Source of the DNA: a virus
Strand: one strand, 5' to 3'
IMG/VR virus record: IMGVR_UViG_3300035698_019895
Span: 1-64,000 of that record
DNA: 64,000 nt
Part shown: one piece after another, positions 1 to 6,950 of the stretch
How the letters are laid out: each line of letters starts with the position of its first letter
Position numbering within the stretch: the first letter of the stretch is position 1
The notes under the pieces: model-generated
Seen by the model: only the letters and a program-made list of their open reading frames with translations
What the model was told of the DNA's origin: nothing
Databases searched by the model: none
Position numbers and translations under genes: made by a program

Positions 1-2
1 AT

Positions 3-557
3 AAAAAATTTACTACTATTGATGAAGAAAAATTAAATGAAATTGAAGCTCCTAGAGAATCTTATCAAAAAGATTCATTTTTAGAAACTGCTTTCATGAT
101 ATGCACTAAGGAAGAATATGAATTATTGCATGATATATTTGTTAAATCAAAAACATTTGAAGAAGCAGCCAAAAAAAGAAAACTCACTAAACAACGAATC
201 GAACAATTATATTCAGAAATTATGAATAAACTTAGAAAAAAATTATATATATCTGTTTTAAAGAAGACAAGCGAAAAATGGAATAAACAAGAAAAATTTG
301 ATATTACTATACCATCGGGATGGCATAGAAACAAACTTGAAAATTTATCTGATGAATGGTTTAAAGAAAAAATTACAAAATATGAATTTTATGATAGAAT
401 AGGTGAATCTTCTCGTAATCTAACTACAAAACAATTATTATCATGGAGAATGAAAGATAAACTAACAAAAAAAGAAAGAAAAGAAAAAATAGAAATATTG
501 AAAGAAATAAATAAGAAAAAGGAGAAAAAAGATGAAAGACTTAAATACTCTCTATAG
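3..557 (+). CDS. 5'-truncated protein with a sigma-70 region-4-like HTH (putative phage sigma factor/regulator)
   Basis: Frame is open from the window edge. EEYELLHDIF..KTFEEAAKKRKLTKQRIEQL..IMNKLRKKL resembles a sigma region 4 HTH. Confidence 0.45.
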   Translation, partial: KKFTTIDEEKLNEIEAPRESYQKDSFLETAFMICTKEEYELLHDIFVKSKTFEEAAKKRKLTKQRIEQLYSEIMNKLRKKLYISVLKKTSEKWNKQEKFDITIPSGWHRNKLENLSDEWFKEKITKYEFYDRIGESSRNLTTKQLLSWRMKDKLTKKERKEKIEILKEINKKKEKKDERLKYSL

Positions 558-1581
558 ACCAAAAAAATGGGGAGATGTAAAAGGACAAGATAAAACTATT
601 TCTATGTTGCAAAAACAAGTTATTTCTAAAACAGGATTATCAAACTCTTATATTTTAGCAGGAAAAAGTGGTATTGGTAAAACTACATTGGCTAGATTGT
701 TCTTTATGGCTATGAACTGTCAAAATCTATCCAAAATAGGTAATCCTTGCCTAAAATGTCCATCTTGTACAAATATGATGTTTGAGTTAAGAGAAGTAAA
801 TGCTAGTGATTCAAGAGGTATTGATGATATGAGAGACTTGATTAGAGATATGCATTTAATGCCCGCTACAGGCAAATTTAGAGGGGTATTACTAGATGAA
901 GTACATATGCTCTCAAAACCTGCTTGGAACTGCTTGTTAAAGCCAATAGAAGAGTCAAAACATGCAATATGGCTCTTCTGTACTACTGAAATACATAAAA
1001 TCCCAAAAACAATACAAACACGCTGTCAAATATATAAATTAACTCCTCTTAGATGGACTGATATACATAATAGACTTAAAACAATAGTAGATGACATTAA
1101 AATGTCTATATCTGATGAAGAATTGTGGACTATCGCTAGAAATTCAGATAATAATCTTCGCCAAGCTACTCATCTATTAGAACAGTATAGTGTTTTAGGA
1201 GACCTGAAAAAAGTATTAGATGATGAGGTAGATATTAACTTTCTTAATGCTTTAGCCTCTACCGAAAAAAGCGATTACAAAACCATATGGAAAGTCTTTC
1301 TTGATTGGGAGAAAAAATATGGAGATATTGATGCTTTTTTAAATAACTTAAAGTATGATTTGAATGTTTGTGTAAGAATAAAAATGGAACTAAATACAAA
1401 TGATGTAAATCCTTATAGATTAAAGAAATACAAAGAAATTATAGATAGTATTCCAGAGCAAAAATTAGTAAAAATGCTTCAATTATTATTAGGAATTCAA
1501 GAAAAAATTAGTGGTGTGTGGGATTACAATTCATTGTTTTTAGATTGTTTAGTAAATCTGAAAAATTATAAGGAATTTTAA
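532..1581 (+). CDS. dnaX: DNA polymerase III gamma/tau-like clamp loader AAA+ subunit
   Basis: YRPKKW..V.GQ, Walker A GKSGIGKTT, Zn cluster C..PCLKCPSC, NASDSRGID, Walker B LDEVHML, TIQTRC. Confidence 0.9.
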   Translation: MKDLNTLYRPKKWGDVKGQDKTISMLQKQVISKTGLSNSYILAGKSGIGKTTLARLFFMAMNCQNLSKIGNPCLKCPSCTNMMFELREVNASDSRGIDDMRDLIRDMHLMPATGKFRGVLLDEVHMLSKPAWNCLLKPIEESKHAIWLFCTTEIHKIPKTIQTRCQIYKLTPLRWTDIHNRLKTIVDDIKMSISDEELWTIARNSDNNLRQATHLLEQYSVLGDLKKVLDDEVDINFLNALASTEKSDYKTIWKVFLDWEKKYGDIDAFLNNLKYDLNVCVRIKMELNTNDVNPYRLKKYKEIIDSIPEQKLVKMLQLLLGIQEKISGVWDYNSLFLDCLVNLKNYKEF

Positions 1582-1589
1582 AATAATGC

Positions 1590-1618
1590 TTGACAAACCA
1601 CCCCCCTTGGGCTATATT
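1590..1618 (+). promoter_or_regulatory. sigma-70-type promoter (copy 1 of a duplicated promoter)
   Basis: TTGACA-17 nt-TATATT; shares CTTGACAAACC..CCTTGGGCTATATTGT with 1734-1762. Confidence 0.75.
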
Positions 1619-1643
1619 GTTAATGTATACTCATACAGTATTA

Positions 1644-1668
1644 CCCCCTGCGAGGGGGCTTTCTTTTT
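1644..1668 (+). terminator. intrinsic terminator-like hairpin
   Basis: CCCCCT-GCG-AGGGGG followed by CTTTCTTTTT. Confidence 0.55.
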
Positions 1669-1733
1669 CAGTATCCCTCTTAATTAAACAATACTGGGTA
1701 TTTTTAAGAAGGCCAACTATTTTAAAATATCAC

Positions 1734-1762
1734 TTGACAAACCGGTGGCCTTGGGCTATATT
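1734..1762 (+). promoter_or_regulatory. sigma-70-type promoter (copy 2), likely driving the ORF, ncRNA array and Ro60
   Basis: TTGACA-17 nt-TATATT. Confidence 0.75.
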
Positions 1763-2095
1763 GTATATGTGGGCATTGAAAGAGATAGTATGAAAATTTG
1801 TAACTTCTGTTATATTAGACAATCACAATATACTCTATATAAGATAATACTACATACTGATAAAGGAATCTATGAAATGGGTATAGTAACGACGCTTAAT
1901 AAAATGGAAGATTGGATATTTAAAAAGATGTATCATCTAAGTGCTTCACAAATACTTTTGTTAAGACCAGACTTAGTGCGTGAGTTTTTTGTAGATTATA
2001 AATTAGGTGAAGAAATAAAAAGTTGGTTCTTTGAAGAACACTTCATCTGTATCGAATGTTATAAAGATTATAAAAGTCAAGTTCCAACGAAATAA
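1745..2095 (+). CDS. hypothetical protein with two CxxC pairs (probable start ATG at about 1790)
   Basis: ORF track; CNFC and CIEC. Confidence 0.6.
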   Translation: MALGYIVYVGIERDSMKICNFCYIRQSQYTLYKIILHTDKGIYEMGIVTTLNKMEDWIFKKMYHLSASQILLLRPDLVREFFVDYKLGEEIKSWFFEEHFICIECYKDYKSQVPTK

Positions 2096-2097
2096 AA

Positions 2098-2109
2098 GTT
2101 CTTTGAAAA
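2098..2109 (+). promoter_or_regulatory. boxA-like antitermination element
   Basis: GTTCTTTGAAAA immediately before the ncRNA array; resembles rRNA-leader boxA. Confidence 0.55.
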
Positions 2110-2111
2110 AT

Positions 2112-2254
2112 TTGGTAGTAGCGAGAAAAGGGTTACTTCAATACGAGAAAAAAGCTCGATTTCATATCGAGCATTGTATAAAATGCCGAAAGGCAGGCTA
2201 ATTAAAAAGGAGTGCTCAACTCTTTATCACTCTCTTTTCAACTTCCTCTACCAA
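2112..2254 (+). ncRNA. Y RNA-like element 1 (Ro-binding handle plus multi-hairpin module)
   Basis: Terminal stem TTGGTAG/CTACCAA; TAGCGA-GAAAAGG-GTTACTTC pairing with CTCTTTTC; internal hairpins GCTCGAT/ATCGAGC and TGCC-GAAA-GGCA; upstream of Ro60. Confidence 0.7.
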
Positions 2255-2269
2255 TTAAAAAAATATATT

Positions 2270-2336
2270 TTGAGGCAGTGATACAAGCGTTACTTCTATA
2301 ATCAGGAAAATACACGCTTATAACTTTTCTCCTCAA
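2270..2336 (+). ncRNA. Y RNA-like element 2 (minimal)
   Basis: TTGAGG/CCTCAA stem; CAGTGA-TACAAGC-GTTACTTC ... ACGCTTATA-ACTTTTCT. Confidence 0.65.
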
Positions 2337-2343
2337 TTAAAAA

Positions 2344-2460
2344 TGAGTTAGATACTAAGTTTTCTTAATTGTACTCCCTATATCTCTATAGTTGTACGCT
2401 ATATATCTGTACTTAACAACTAAGTGGTAAGCGGTAGTGTGTATATAAGTGTCTAACTCA
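2344..2460 (+). ncRNA. unclassified structured RNA within the array
   Basis: 12-bp closing stem TGAGTTAGATAC/GTGTCTAACTCA; internal TACGCTAT/GTAGTGTG pairing. Confidence 0.45.
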
Positions 2461-2466
2461 ATCCAT

Positions 2467-2592
2467 TAGAGTAGTGAGATGAGAGTTACTTCGACTTGTA
2501 ATCGAGTGATGTGGGTTCGAATCCCACAAATGTCTTCGGACATGATAGCTTAATGGCAAAGCACTAAATCTCTCTCATCGGTTTTCTCTCTA
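2467..2592 (+). ncRNA. yrlA: YrlA-type Y RNA with permuted tRNA-like domain
   Basis: Handle TAGAG-TAGTGA-GATGAGAG-TTACTTC ... CTCTCATC-GGTTTTCT-CTCTA. Inside: TCGA-CTTGTAA-TCGA, T-arm GTGGG-TTCGAAT-CCCAC, UUCG-capped stem TGTC-TTCG-GACA, then D-arm-like TAGCTTAATGGCAAAGCA (T before D, as in YrlA). Confidence 0.85.
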
Positions 2593-2657
2593 TTATTGAA
2601 ACCCCTCGTTTGTTTCCTTATACGGGAAGAACAAAGCAAACGAGTATATAAATTAAA

Positions 2658-2724
2658 TAGAGTAAGTGGCGAAAAAGGGGCTGATGACAACAGGTAACGC
2701 TGTTGACAACCTACATTTACTCTA
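2658..2724 (+). ncRNA. unclassified structured RNA (possible divergent Y-like RNA)
   Basis: 11-bp closing stem TAGAGTAAGTG/CATTTACTCTA, GGCGAA motif, internal hairpin CAACAG-GTAACG-CTGTTG. Confidence 0.45.
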
Positions 2725-2728
2725 ACCA

Positions 2729-2809
2729 TAGAGTAGTGAGGAAAGAGATACTTCAGGAACCGACCTGTCAAAAGGTTGATAAAAAGCACTCTTTCTAGTT
2801 TTCTCTCTT
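2729..2809 (+). ncRNA. Y RNA-like element 4
   Basis: TAGAG-TAGTGA-GGAAAGA-GATACTTC ... ACTCTTTCT-AGTTTTCT-CTCTT; same handle as the other three. Confidence 0.7.
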
Positions 2810-2875
2810 TATTTAGATTGAATATTTGGGGAAGCGTAAAAAATAAAATTCTCTTCAAAACAAAAGGAGCTTATT

Positions 2876-4414
2876 ATGTCAAGATTTAACACAAGAAACA
2901 CAGAAAAGAATCAAGCAGAAAATTTTGCTGGAGGTGAAGCTTTTAAAGAAACACCCGCCTTAGAATTTATATCCATCCTTTTAACATCCTTTGTACAAGA
3001 CCAGTACTATCGTTCTTCTGACGATACTCTTAAACGATTAAGAGCATTAATTAAGAAAATAAATGACAAGAAATTTGTTGCCAAGGGAGCAATTTATGCC
3101 CGTAATGAATTTGGAATGCGTTCTATAACTCATGTTGTAGGGGGAGAATTAGCTTCTATAGTTAAAGGTGAACCTTGGATGAAAAATTTCTTTGATAAAG
3201 TAGTTCGTAGACCAGATGATATGACAGAAATATTGGCTTATTATCTTAAAGACAGCAAAGAAGACAGCAAAAAGCCTATTCCTAATTCAATGAAAAAAGG
3301 TCTTGCTAAAGCTTTTGACAAATTCAACGAATATCAACTTGCTAAATATAGAAGTGGTAATAAAGATGTATCTCTTATAGATTTAGTTAATTTAGTACAT
3401 CCAACACCTACAAAAGACAATAAAGAAGCATTAGAAAAGTTAGTAAAAGGGGAATTAAAGTCCAAAGACACCTGGGAAGTAAGACAAACACAAGCAGGGC
3501 AAAAGGCAAAGACAGAAGAAGAAAAAACAGAATTAAAGAAGCAAGAATGGATAGATTTAGTTAAAACTAAAAAGATAGGTTATTTTGCATTGCTTCGTAA
3601 TCTAAGAAATATTCTAACTCAAGCACCAGAGGTTCTTGATGAAGCTATAGAAATGTTAAAAGATGAAAAACTTATAAAAAAGTCTTTAGTGTTACCTTTC
3701 AGATTTTATGCAGCCTATAAAGAAATTAAGAGTGTACCTAGCACAAAATCTACTAAGGTTTTAGATGCTCTTTCTCAAGCATTAGATGTCTCTTGTAAGC
3801 ATATTCCAGGATTGAACGGAGATGTAATGATAGGTATAGATAACTCTCATTCTATGAAAAGTAATCAAATGTCAGATAAGAGTAAGATGACTAGATGTGA
3901 TGTTGCTTGTATATTAGCTTGTATGTTACACAAAAGGTCTCCTAACACTATCACTTCAGTGTTTGCAGACGAATTCAAAGTAACAAATTTATCTCCATCT
4001 GCTACAGCATTACAAAATATGCAATCTTTAGAACATGCAGATGTAGGATTGGGATATCAAACTAATGGTTTTAAAGTTGTAGAATATGCAACTAAAAATA
4101 AAATTAAACTAGATTACTTCGTTATATTTACTGATTTACAAATGTATGATGCTGAAGGAGTTAGATATGACAGAACTCCTCCTGCTGACGGTAGAAGTTT
4201 CAAGAAAGAATTAGCTAAATATAAGAAAGAAGTTAATTCTAAAGTAAAAGTATATTCCTTTGATTGTGCTGGTTACGGTACTTTACAAATTCCTCAAGGA
4301 GACTCAAACTCTTATTTAATACCTGGGTTTTCTGATAAGATTTTTGATATAATGGAAGTTTTAGAACAAGACCGAGAAGCTCTTATAAACAAAATAAATG
4401 CAATAGAATTATAA
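2876..4414 (+). CDS. rsr: Ro60/TROVE-domain RNA-binding protein (Rsr) with C-terminal vWA
   Basis: N-terminal NFAGGEAF, YARNEFGMRS, RRPDDMTE, FNEYQLAKY, LVHPTP, TWE, ALLRNLRN, LPFRFY; vWA MIDAS-like IDNSHSM and IFTD; RBS AGGAG. Confidence 0.93.
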   Translation: MSRFNTRNTEKNQAENFAGGEAFKETPALEFISILLTSFVQDQYYRSSDDTLKRLRALIKKINDKKFVAKGAIYARNEFGMRSITHVVGGELASIVKGEPWMKNFFDKVVRRPDDMTEILAYYLKDSKEDSKKPIPNSMKKGLAKAFDKFNEYQLAKYRSGNKDVSLIDLVNLVHPTPTKDNKEALEKLVKGELKSKDTWEVRQTQAGQKAKTEEEKTELKKQEWIDLVKTKKIGYFALLRNLRNILTQAPEVLDEAIEMLKDEKLIKKSLVLPFRFYAAYKEIKSVPSTKSTKVLDALSQALDVSCKHIPGLNGDVMIGIDNSHSMKSNQMSDKSKMTRCDVACILACMLHKRSPNTITSVFADEFKVTNLSPSATALQNMQSLEHADVGLGYQTNGFKVVEYATKNKIKLDYFVIFTDLQMYDAEGVRYDRTPPADGRSFKKELAKYKKEVNSKVKVYSFDCAGYGTLQIPQGDSNSYLIPGFSDKIFDIMEVLEQDREALINKINAIEL

Positions 4415-4425
4415 TAAAAAAAGAC

Positions 4426-4454
4426 TTGACAAATGAAGAAAAATGGGTTATAAT
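4426..4454 (+). promoter_or_regulatory. consensus sigma-70 promoter upstream of the DNA-modification/replication operon
   Basis: TTGACA-17 nt-TATAAT. Confidence 0.8.
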
Positions 4455-4502
4455 GTTTAAGAAATTAAAAAGAATTATAACAAGAAAAAAGATTGTAATA
4501 AA

Positions 4503-5150
4503 ATGAATTTAACACATACTTGTCCGATATGTAATAAAGAACATGAAATGGATTGTACTCCTGAACCTTCTCAACCATGTTCACAATGTAATGTAGGTTT
4601 AGATAAAATTATTGAATTAGTTAGAGACCAATTTCAATATGGTGGAAAGAAGTATGCTCTTAATAAAGAAAGAGAAAGTACTGATGTATTATTTGACAAA
4701 CATGGTAAGAATTGGTTGTTCGGAACTATTGATAAATATACTTTCCGATTCAATAATCTTGCTAGAGAACGAGATTTATTAAAAATATCTTGTTACATGT
4801 ATATATTGTGGTTAAAACGGGGATTTCATATTGATAATAAGAGAGTAATACCTATAGATACTAATATTGAAACTAAGGAGAAACAGTTCCCTGTCTTTAT
4901 AAAAAAATATAAAGAGTTTCATAGAATTAAAATTAAAAATATCTTAATTTCTCCAATTGATGTTATTACTATAGCTATGGGGAATTTTAGTAAAGACACA
5001 TGGGAAGAAATTACTGAAAATGATTTATTTTATGTTTTTTATTGTGCTTATTTAATATGGAATGAAAAATTTGTGGAGGTAACTAATCATGATACAGATA
5101 CTAATAATGAAAAAAAAGAAAACAACTATGGAAAATCAAGAAATAAATAA
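4503..5150 (+). CDS. hypothetical protein; N-terminal Zn finger, possible all-alpha dNTP pyrophosphohydrolase-like domain
   Basis: CPIC..CSQC; QFQYGGKKY ... DLLKISCYMYILW loosely resembles nucleotide-modification-associated domains. Confidence 0.4.
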   Translation: MNLTHTCPICNKEHEMDCTPEPSQPCSQCNVGLDKIIELVRDQFQYGGKKYALNKERESTDVLFDKHGKNWLFGTIDKYTFRFNNLARERDLLKISCYMYILWLKRGFHIDNKRVIPIDTNIETKEKQFPVFIKKYKEFHRIKIKNILISPIDVITIAMGNFSKDTWEEITENDLFYVFYCAYLIWNEKFVEVTNHDTDTNNEKKENNYGKSRNK

Positions 5151-5304
5151 AAGTTCCGACAATACAATTTTAGGCTGGTGCAGTTATTGTAAAGATGCTG
5201 TATATACTGAAAACGACTATATAAAGAAAGATGGACAGCTTTATCATGTAGATTGTTGGAAACAGAAAAATAATTTTGTAGAAGAATTAGAATTTGACGA
5301 GTAA
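5126..5304 (+). CDS. small Zn-binding hypothetical protein
   Basis: ORF track 5089..5304, probable ATG near 5128; CSYC..YHVDC. Confidence 0.5.
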
Positions 5305-5315
5305 AAACAAAGGAG

Positions 5316-5981
5316 TTGAAGATGAAAAATTTTGATTTCAATACTATTCATGATTTTGATGCACATATTTTACAGTCCATTCCTAATTATAATGTTTTAT
5401 TTAATTCTATATTGCGTATAAGCGACTATTTCAAAGATTCCAAAAAAAATATCTATGACATAGGTTGTTCTACTGGTAAACTGTTAAAATATATTAACGA
5501 AGTAGAAAAATATACTGGTAATATGATAGGATTAGATAACAGCAGAAATTTATTACCAGAGAATGCTAGAGAATTTGAAAATATTAAATTTTTAGAGTGG
5601 GATTTAAACAAGCCGTTCTCATTTGAGAATGCTTGTTTAATTTTTTGTATATTTACATTACAATTTTTAAGAAAAGAATCAAGACAAGCAGTTCTAGATA
5701 ATGTATATAAAGGGCTTAATAAAGGTGGAGCGTTCATCATAGCAGAAAAAACTTATGTATCTGATGGGCAATTTCAAGATATATTTACTTTTTCTTACTA
5801 TGATTATAAGAAAGCATCCTTTTCCAACGAAGCTATATTAAACAAAGAAAAAGATTTGAGAACAATACTAAAACCTAACTATTCTCATGAAAATCTAGAA
5901 ATATTGTATAATGCAGGTTTTAGAAAAATCCAAATGTTCTACAAATTCTTCCAATTTGAAGCTTATTTATGTGTAAAATAA
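5316..5981 (+). CDS. cmoA: CmoA-like carboxy-S-adenosylmethionine synthase
   Basis: FDF...FDAHILQSIPNY, DIGCSTG, GLDNS, FTLQFL..R, GGAFIIAEK, K..DLR.IL.P: CmoA signature blocks. Confidence 0.8.
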   Translation: MKMKNFDFNTIHDFDAHILQSIPNYNVLFNSILRISDYFKDSKKNIYDIGCSTGKLLKYINEVEKYTGNMIGLDNSRNLLPENAREFENIKFLEWDLNKPFSFENACLIFCIFTLQFLRKESRQAVLDNVYKGLNKGGAFIIAEKTYVSDGQFQDIFTFSYYDYKKASFSNEAILNKEKDLRTILKPNYSHENLEILYNAGFRKIQMFYKFFQFEAYLCVK

Positions 5982-5990
5982 TGATTATTA

Positions 5991-6079
5991 TACCTTAACG
6001 GGTATAATATAGAGAATGTTAGTGTTACAACGTACCCGAACGGGTATAAAAAAATAAAAAGTGTACCCTAAAGGGTATA
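5991..6079. repeat. three imperfect palindromic 16-mers TACCYnAAnGGGTATA
   Basis: TACCTTAACGGGTATA (5991), TACCCGAACGGGTATA (6033), TACCCTAAAGGGTATA (6064). Confidence 0.85.
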
Positions 6080-6095
6080 AAAAAAGAGTAAAAAT

Positions 6096-6950
6096 ATGGT
6101 TATTTCTAAAAAGTTAAGACAAGATTTAGATAAAATTGTAAAAAGAGAAGTTGCTGGTAAAAAAGTTTGTAGCATGTTATCTGGTGGTATAGATTCATTT
6201 GCAATAACTTATTTAGCTAGTAAATATGCTTCAAAACTAAAATCAGTAGTTGTTACTAATGGTGTAGATGGACAAGATGCAATTTTTGCAGCATTGTGTG
6301 CGAAAGCGATTTGTGCAAAAGGAATAAATGTCTATTTAGATATACTAAAATTTGATGCACAAGATGCTTATAATGTAACTAGAGATTTCTTAAAGAAATT
6401 TCCATGCAAAACTATTGTTAGATTGCAATGTGGTTTAATTACAGAAGTATGTGCAAAATATGCACAAAGTAATGGTTTTGACTCTCTATTATGTGGTGAT
6501 GGTGCTGATGCTGTATTTGGTAGCACTGGTCATATGCGTAGAAAGAGCATAAGACCAGATTTCAATGCTATTAAACGAGAGACTTGCGAAAAGGGCATAT
6601 CAGAGGGTGTTGGGAGCGATTTCGTTGCTATATGTCGCTATTATAGCTTAAAACCGGTACTTCCATACCGGGATGCAGACTTTATAAACAACTATGTAGA
6701 TTTAGATGATAAGATAGTAAATAAGCCAAAAGAAAAACAGATATTACGAAGTGCTTTTGAAAAAGAGCTACCACGAGATTTAGTTTATAGAGAAAGATTA
6801 ACATTGCAAGTGGGAGTAGGAATTAAAGAAAAACATATAGAATTGTTGAGAAACGATTCACCAAAAGGTTATAAGAGTCCTAGATATCTTATAAAGGAGA
6901 TAATAAATGACTTACAAAGTCATCAGTTTGTTTTCGGGTACAGGGGGTAG
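6096..6950 (+). CDS. asparagine synthase C-terminal-like ATP-dependent amide ligase (no glutaminase domain)
   Basis: PP-loop LSGGIDS, GDGADAVFG, LPY.D, KQILR.AF...LP..LV.R. Confidence 0.8.
   Translation: MVISKKLRQDLDKIVKREVAGKKVCSMLSGGIDSFAITYLASKYASKLKSVVVTNGVDGQDAIFAALCAKAICAKGINVYLDILKFDAQDAYNVTRDFLKKFPCKTIVRLQCGLITEVCAKYAQSNGFDSLLCGDGADAVFGSTGHMRRKSIRPDFNAIKRETCEKGISEGVGSDFVAICRYYSLKPVLPYRDADFINNYVDLDDKIVNKPKEKQILRSAFEKELPRDLVYRERLTLQVGVGIKEKHIELLRNDSPKGYKSPRYLIKEIINDLQSHQFVFGYRG

Noticed and set aside
1590-1793. 67-aa ORF
   Set aside because: Its TTG start is the -35 box, and the ORF spans promoter and terminator elements.
2491-2563. Stand-alone tRNA-Thr(TGT)
   Set aside because: Arms are in permuted order with no open acceptor stem or CCA; better explained as the YrlA module.
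2598-2724. Hammerhead or pistol ribozyme (CTGATGA, GAAA, TAAATAG motifs)
   Set aside because: The hairpin after CTGATGA is followed by ACAA, not GAAA. Stems I-III or the pistol pseudoknot could not be built consistently.
2112-2809. CRISPR array
   Set aside because: Repeats are bipartite structural motifs with variable lengths and spacing, and there are no cas genes.
2550-2858. 102-aa minus-strand ORF upstream of Ro60
   Set aside because: It lies antisense to structured ncRNA elements, has no recognisable motifs, and all credible genes are on the + strand.
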